Shown in pieces: positions 59,141 to 64,000 of a DNA stretch of 64,000 bases; within the stretch, counting starts at the first letter, position 1, and every line of letters starts with the position of its first letter. This DNA comes from an uncultured Gemmatimonadales bacterium (GTDB taxonomy: Bacteria; Gemmatimonadota; Gemmatimonadetes; Longimicrobiales; Gaopeijiaceae): assembly GCA_963823035.1 (NCBI GenBank), contig CAWGKG010000012.1, positions 1 through 64,000 on the forward strand, given 5' to 3'. The position numbers were made by a program, and so were the translations under genes. A model generated the notes under the pieces. It had not been told where the DNA came from and did not search any database. It worked only from the letters and a program-made list of their open reading frames with translations.

Positions 59141-60117
59141 CTAGCTGCAGCCCGCCGAGGACGCCTCCTGCGCCGCCTTGTCGCGCACGGTCTGGGCGCG
59201 TCGGGAAACTTGCTCTTGAGTTCGTTGAAGGTCGCGCACGCCTCGGCGTTCTTGCTGAGCCGGGTGAGCGTCATGCCGAGCTTGAGCAGGTTGTCGGGCG
59301 CCTTGTCGCCGTCGGGAAACTTCTGATAGCCCTTCAGAAAGGCAATCGCGGCCTGCTGGTAGGAGTTCCTCACGTAGTAGGTCTCGCCCAGCCAGTAGTA
59401 GGCGTTGCCCGAGAGCTGGCTGTCGGGGTGCATCGTGATGAACTCGTTGAAGGCGGTCTCGGCGCCGTCGTAGTCGGCCTTGCGCAGCAGCGAGAACGCG
59501 TAATTGTACTGGTCCATCTCGCTGCCGGCCGGCAGCACCGAACCGGCCGCGCCGGCGTCGCCGCTCTGGCCGGCGGTCAGATCGTCCTGGGTCAGGTTGC
59601 CCTGGCTGGCGCCGGTGTTGCCCGAAGCGGCTCCGGTATCGGCCGCCTGCCCGGTCGTGTCCGCCGTCCCCGTCGTGTCGGTCGCCGCTGTGCCGCCCGA
59701 CGCTGTGGCCCCGGCCGCCGCGCCGCCCTGCAGCGCGGAGAAGCGGGCGTCGAGATCGGAGATCAGCTTGTCGAGCCGGTCGCTGATCTGGCTCTGGCGA
59801 TGCTGGAGCTCCTCAACGCTACCGGTGAGCTGGCGGATTTTCTCCTCGAGCTGCTGGACGCGAAGCTGGAGATCCGCGCTGCCGGTCGTGCCGGAGCTGT
59901 CGGTCGAGGGCACCACCGAGCTTGGCTGGCCCTGGCCGGCATAGACGTAGCGCTGCAGGTCGGTGACGTCGTTGCGCAGGCGCTGGAGATCCTGGGACAA
60001 GGTCTGCAGGCTGGTGCTCTGGGCATGGGCCGTCCCGGCACCCGCCATCAGCCCGATTACGACAAGCAGAGCAAAACCGACCTTCATCGGACCGATCCCG
60101 AACCGTTCCATCACCAT
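59141..60117 (-). CDS. cpoB: Tol-Pal protein CpoB/YbgF; start approximate
   Basis: N-terminal coiled coil QQLEEKIRQLTG.VEEL; TPR with NAYYWLGE, KAPDNLLKLG, EAC.TF. Confidence 0.92.
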
Positions 60118-60179
60118 CCTCCGTCGCAACCGGGGCAGAAAATCAGGCATCGCGGCGCATCCGGGCCTCAAAAAGACAA

Positions 60180-60223
60180 GGGCCGCCCCGAGCGCCCCGA
60201 CAAGCGGTGGCTCGGAGCGGCCC
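60180..60223 (-). terminator. Hairpin downstream of pal
   Basis: GGGCCGCCCCGAGC ... GCTCGGAGCGGCCC. Confidence 0.5.
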
Positions 60224-60248
60224 CAACACGTGAACCCGGACGAGACGT

Positions 60249-60748
60249 CTAGCCCAGGGTCAGAACAGCGCGGCGGTTGGCCTGCCATGCCGCTTCGGTA
60301 TGACCCTCGACCGCCGGGCGTTCCTTGCCGTAGCTGATGGTCGCGATCCGGCTGGGATCGATACCAAGCGCCACGAGATAGTTCTTCGCCGCGTTGGCGC
60401 GACGCTCACCCAGCGCCAAGTTGTACTCGCGCGTGCCGCGCTCGTCACAATTGCCCGTGATGGTCACGGTGACCTGCGGATAGGCCTGCATCCATTCGGC
60501 CCAACGGCCGATGGTGCGCTCGGAATCGGCATTGATCACCGAACTGTCGAAGCCGAAGAAGACCGAGCCGCCGAACTCCATGTCGATGTATTCCTGGCTC
60601 AACGGATCGATGGCGTCTCGACACCTCACGGTATCTTCCGCGGCCATTTCGTCACCGGTGCCCATCACTTATCGGTCGTCTCAGGCGTCGATTTGCACGC
60701 AGCGACGAGCAACATGGCGGCGAACAGACTAATTAGTTTAACGCGCAT
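60249..60748 (-). CDS. pal: Peptidoglycan-associated lipoprotein (canonical position), frameshift near N-terminus
   Basis: [38 protein letters not shown]; lies between tolB and cpoB. Confidence 0.92.
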
Positions 60749-60903
60749 GCGAGATATCCCCTCTCTCAATAGATAGTTACAAAGTTCGACGCGCTCTGAA
60801 GTGGCCAGGAAGGTTTTTTACGCCCCCTTCGTGGAAATCCAGATAGTTTCGGCCCATCCTTTTACAGGATAAGCGAAATTCAGCGCGACTATAGATTGCT
60901 CCC

Positions 60904-62253
60904 CTATGGAATCAAGGGCGACCACGCGGGATCGGAGCCATCCAGAGGGGTTTCTACTTGTCTTTCGTTTCGTCCAGTAAGATCAATAGAGAACAGTTTT
61001 GCGACCGTTTGGTTCCCCACCGGCGTCTCGCGGAAGAACATCAGCACCCGGCCATTCGGCGCCCAGGTCGGCCCCTCGACCAGATAACCGTTGGCAATCA
61101 GCCGCTCGCCGAGCCGTCGGTGCGCATGACGCCGATGTAGAACTGGCCCTTGTCGCTCTTGGTGAAGGCGATCAGGTCGCCGCGCGGCGACCACACCGGG
61201 GTCGCGTAGCGGCCCTCGCCGAAGCTGATGCGCTGCACGTTCGCTGCCGTCGGCGTTCATCACGTAGAGCTGCTGGCGTGCCGCCGCGGTCCGAGTTGAA
61301 GACGATGCGGCTGCCGTCGGGCGAATAGGACGGCGAGGTGTCGATCGCCGGGTCGTTGGTCAGCCGCTCGACGCGCCGGGTCGCGCAGGTCCATGATGTA
61401 GATGTCGGAGTTGCCGTCCTGCGCCAGGCGACATGATCACCTTGTTGCCGTCGGGCGAGAAGCGCGGCGCGAAGGTCATGCCCGGGAAATCGCCGAGCAC
61501 CTCCTGCTGTCCGGTGTCGATGTTGTAGAGATAGACGCGCGGCGTGTCGTTGACGTAGGACAGATAGGTGATTTCCTGCGCCGATCGGCGAGAAGCGCGG
61601 CGTCAGCACCAGATGGCGCCGTCGGTCAGGAACCGGTGGTTGGCGCCGTCCTGGTCCATGATCGCGAGCCGCTTGATGCGCGCGGTTCGGCGGCCCGCTC
61701 TCGGCGATATAGACGATGCGGGTGTCGAAATAGCCGTCCTCGCCGGTCAGGCGCTTGTAGATCGCGTCGGCGATGATGTGGGCGATGCGCCGCCAGTTCT
61801 CGGCGTGTCGTCGTGATAGGCGAGGCCGACCATCTGCTGCTCGGCGAAGACGTCCCACAGCCGGAACTCGACCGCGCAGCCGGCCGTCGGCCTGCGGTCG
61901 ACCGCGCCGGTGACCAGCGCCTGGGCGTTGATCGCGCGCCAGTCGCCGAAGCGCGGCGCGACGTCGATGTCCGGCCGCGCTCTGGATGAAGGCGCGCTGG
62001 TCGATCGGCGTGAACAGGCCGGAGCGCTCCAGGTCGGCGGCGATCACCGCCGGCGATGTCCTGGCCCCGAGTCGCCGTCCTCGCCCTGGCCGACGAAGTC
62101 GGTCACGGCGATCGGCAGCGGCTCGACGTTGCCCTGCGTGATGTCGATCATGCAGCTCGGCCCGCGCCGGCTGCCGGTCCGCAGCACCGAGAAGCAGGCC
62201 ACGAGCGACAGGAGATCGGCGCCTGCACTTCAGGTGACAACGCATCATGGCAT
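60904..62253 (-). CDS. tolB: Tol-Pal beta-propeller protein TolB, frameshifted
   Basis: [30 protein letters not shown]40-type repeats, SDPAWSP. Confidence 0.95.
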
Positions 62254-62263
62254 CGTCATGATC

Positions 62264-63238
62264 TCAGAGCATCTGCTCGGGTCGAAATTCAGCATCATGA
62301 TCCTGCCAATGCTCGTAGCTGGTCGAGCGGCAAGTCCTGCAACGGATGGCATCTGCAGATAAAGCACGGCGCGCAGCGCGCTCTCCGCGGCCGCCCGGAA
62401 GAACGGTCCCGGCGCATGCGCCGACGACGTCGTTGACTCTGGCGTTCAGCACGGCCGTCGGGCGCGAGCGCAGACATGGATCGTCCACGACGCAGGTCCT
62501 CCGCATCCCGCCGCGCCGCGCCGGCGATCTGCCAGCGCTGGCTCGATCTCGCTGGCGATCGCGTCGACCAGCGTGGCGACGCGCCTGGTCCGAGACGTTG
62601 GGCGCCGCGGCCGCGTGTCAGCGTCGAGCGCGACCTGATCGAAGCTGGTCGAGCTGTCGCTCGTCTGGCTCGGTCGGCGCATCGGCACCGGCTCGGTCGG
62701 CGTCTTGTCGGCCAGCAGGCTGTCGGCGACCTGGTCGAGGTTCTTCTGGTCGGCTTCGGCTTGTCCGGCGCGGCTTGGGCTTCGTGCACCGGCACCGGCG
62801 CGGCGACCTCGGCGCTCGGCGCCGGGTCGGGCTCGGGCTCGGCGACCTCCGGCTGCGGCGCCGGCATCGGGCTTCGGTCAGCGGCTCGGGCTCGGGCAGC
62901 ACGCCGGTTCGGGTGCGGGCTGGGGCTCGGGCGCCGGCTCGCGTCGGGCAGCGGCACGGGCTCCGGCGGCGCGAGCTTGGCCTGCGGCTCGGGCTGCGGC
63001 GCCGGCTCGGGCTGCTGCTGCGCCGTGTCGGCGGCGGCTGCTCGGCTTCGGTCCTCCGGCTTGGCCTGGGGCACCGGCGGTCGGCGCGGCGATCTGATCG
63101 ACAGCGTCACCAGCTCGACGTCGATGGTCGGCTCGGTCCGGCGTCACGTTGTCCAACAGCTGCGGCAGACCGACGATCGCAGCGACGATCAGCACGCATG
63201 GAGACGAGATCGACAGCGCGATGCCGGTGCGCCGGCAC
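62264..63238 (-). CDS. tolA: TolA-like Pro/Glu-rich protein, heavily frameshifted; start approximate
   Basis: N-terminal TM, PEP-rich linker, AESA.RA...C.PL, YE.W..F.P; position in operon. Confidence 0.8.
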
Positions 63239-63239
63239 G

Positions 63240-63702
63240 GCCTTCGCCGCCCTCCTGTGCCTCGTCCGGCAGCTCGGCGATCAGCGCGACATGGGTGAAG
63301 CCGGCCTGGTTGAGCGCGCCCATCACCGTCATCACGTCGCCGTAGGCGACACGCCTGGTCGCCGCGCACGAAAATGCGCTGACCTCGCGGATTGTCTGCG
63401 TGATTGCGACAAGACGCGGGCCAAGTCCTCGAGCGTGATCTCGGTGTCCTGCAGGAAGACGTGCCTTCGGCGTCGACCGAGATGACCAGCGGCTCGTCCT
63501 GGCCGGCCATGCTCCGGCGCCTGGGTCTTCGGCAGGTCGACCGGGACGCCGACGGTCAGCAGCGGCGCCGTCACCATGAAGACGATCAGCAGCACCAGCA
63601 TCACGTCGACCATGCGGCGTGACGTTGATCTCGCTCATCGGCGCGGCGCCGGCGGCGCGCCCGCGCGCTGCGCGGCCCGACCGGCGTTGGATTGGACCGC
63701 CA

Positions 63703-63703
<1 letters not shown>
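63240..63703 (-). CDS. tolR: TolR, frameshifted; 3' end approximate
   Basis: MSEINVTP.VDVMLVLLIVFMVTAPLL, RGD, YG.VM.VM. Confidence 0.93.

Positions 63704-64000
<297 letters not shown>

Noticed and set aside
62760..63070. Repetitive GGCTCG-rich tract as a possible repeat array
   Set aside because: Encodes the Pro/Glu-rich TolA linker; no repeat-spacer structure, and no CRISPR array was seen in the window

Overview
GC-rich alphaproteobacterial chromosome segment (Rhodospirillales-like by gene order and protein style, which is an inference) from an indel-rich assembly. Many genes are split by apparent sequencing frameshifts, so boundaries were reconstructed across frames and some ends are approximate. 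Left to right: TRAP permease and amidase; a circularly permuted ATP-grasp / alpha-E / transglutaminase operon; SprT protease; acyl-CoA dehydrogenase; VanZ; an N,N-dimethylformamidase beta-subunit homolog; a TPR plus peptidoglycan-binding protein; an APC permease; a SCO / PCuAC / CtaG copper-assembly trio. Next is a ~11.5 kb minus-strand accessory block downstream of tRNA-Glu(CUC): IS6 remnant, DUF3309-like, SYLF, DUF2141, PPK2, a ~1,400-aa CheB-CheR-PAS-kinase-REC-REC-LuxR protein, a small ORF, an orphan EcfG-like sigma, a PAQR/haemolysin-III protein and a fatty acid desaturase, with two exact GGAAC-N16-CGTT promoter motifs. Then dienelactone hydrolase, amidohydrolase, DUF2927, a Fur-boxed imelysin / di-haem / imelysin / DUF1513 operon, ltaE, rluD, rpoH, purA, serA, serC, a PhzF / Ada-like / DinB / DUF1127 operon divergent from MocR, a NEW3 plus ABC exporter, glmM, folP, ftsH, tilS, and a tol-pal locus with three Pal paralogs. 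The best candidate for an undescribed system is the tRNA-anchored EcfG-like sigma / CheB-CheR sensor / membrane-lipid module. No CRISPR array or rRNA was seen.
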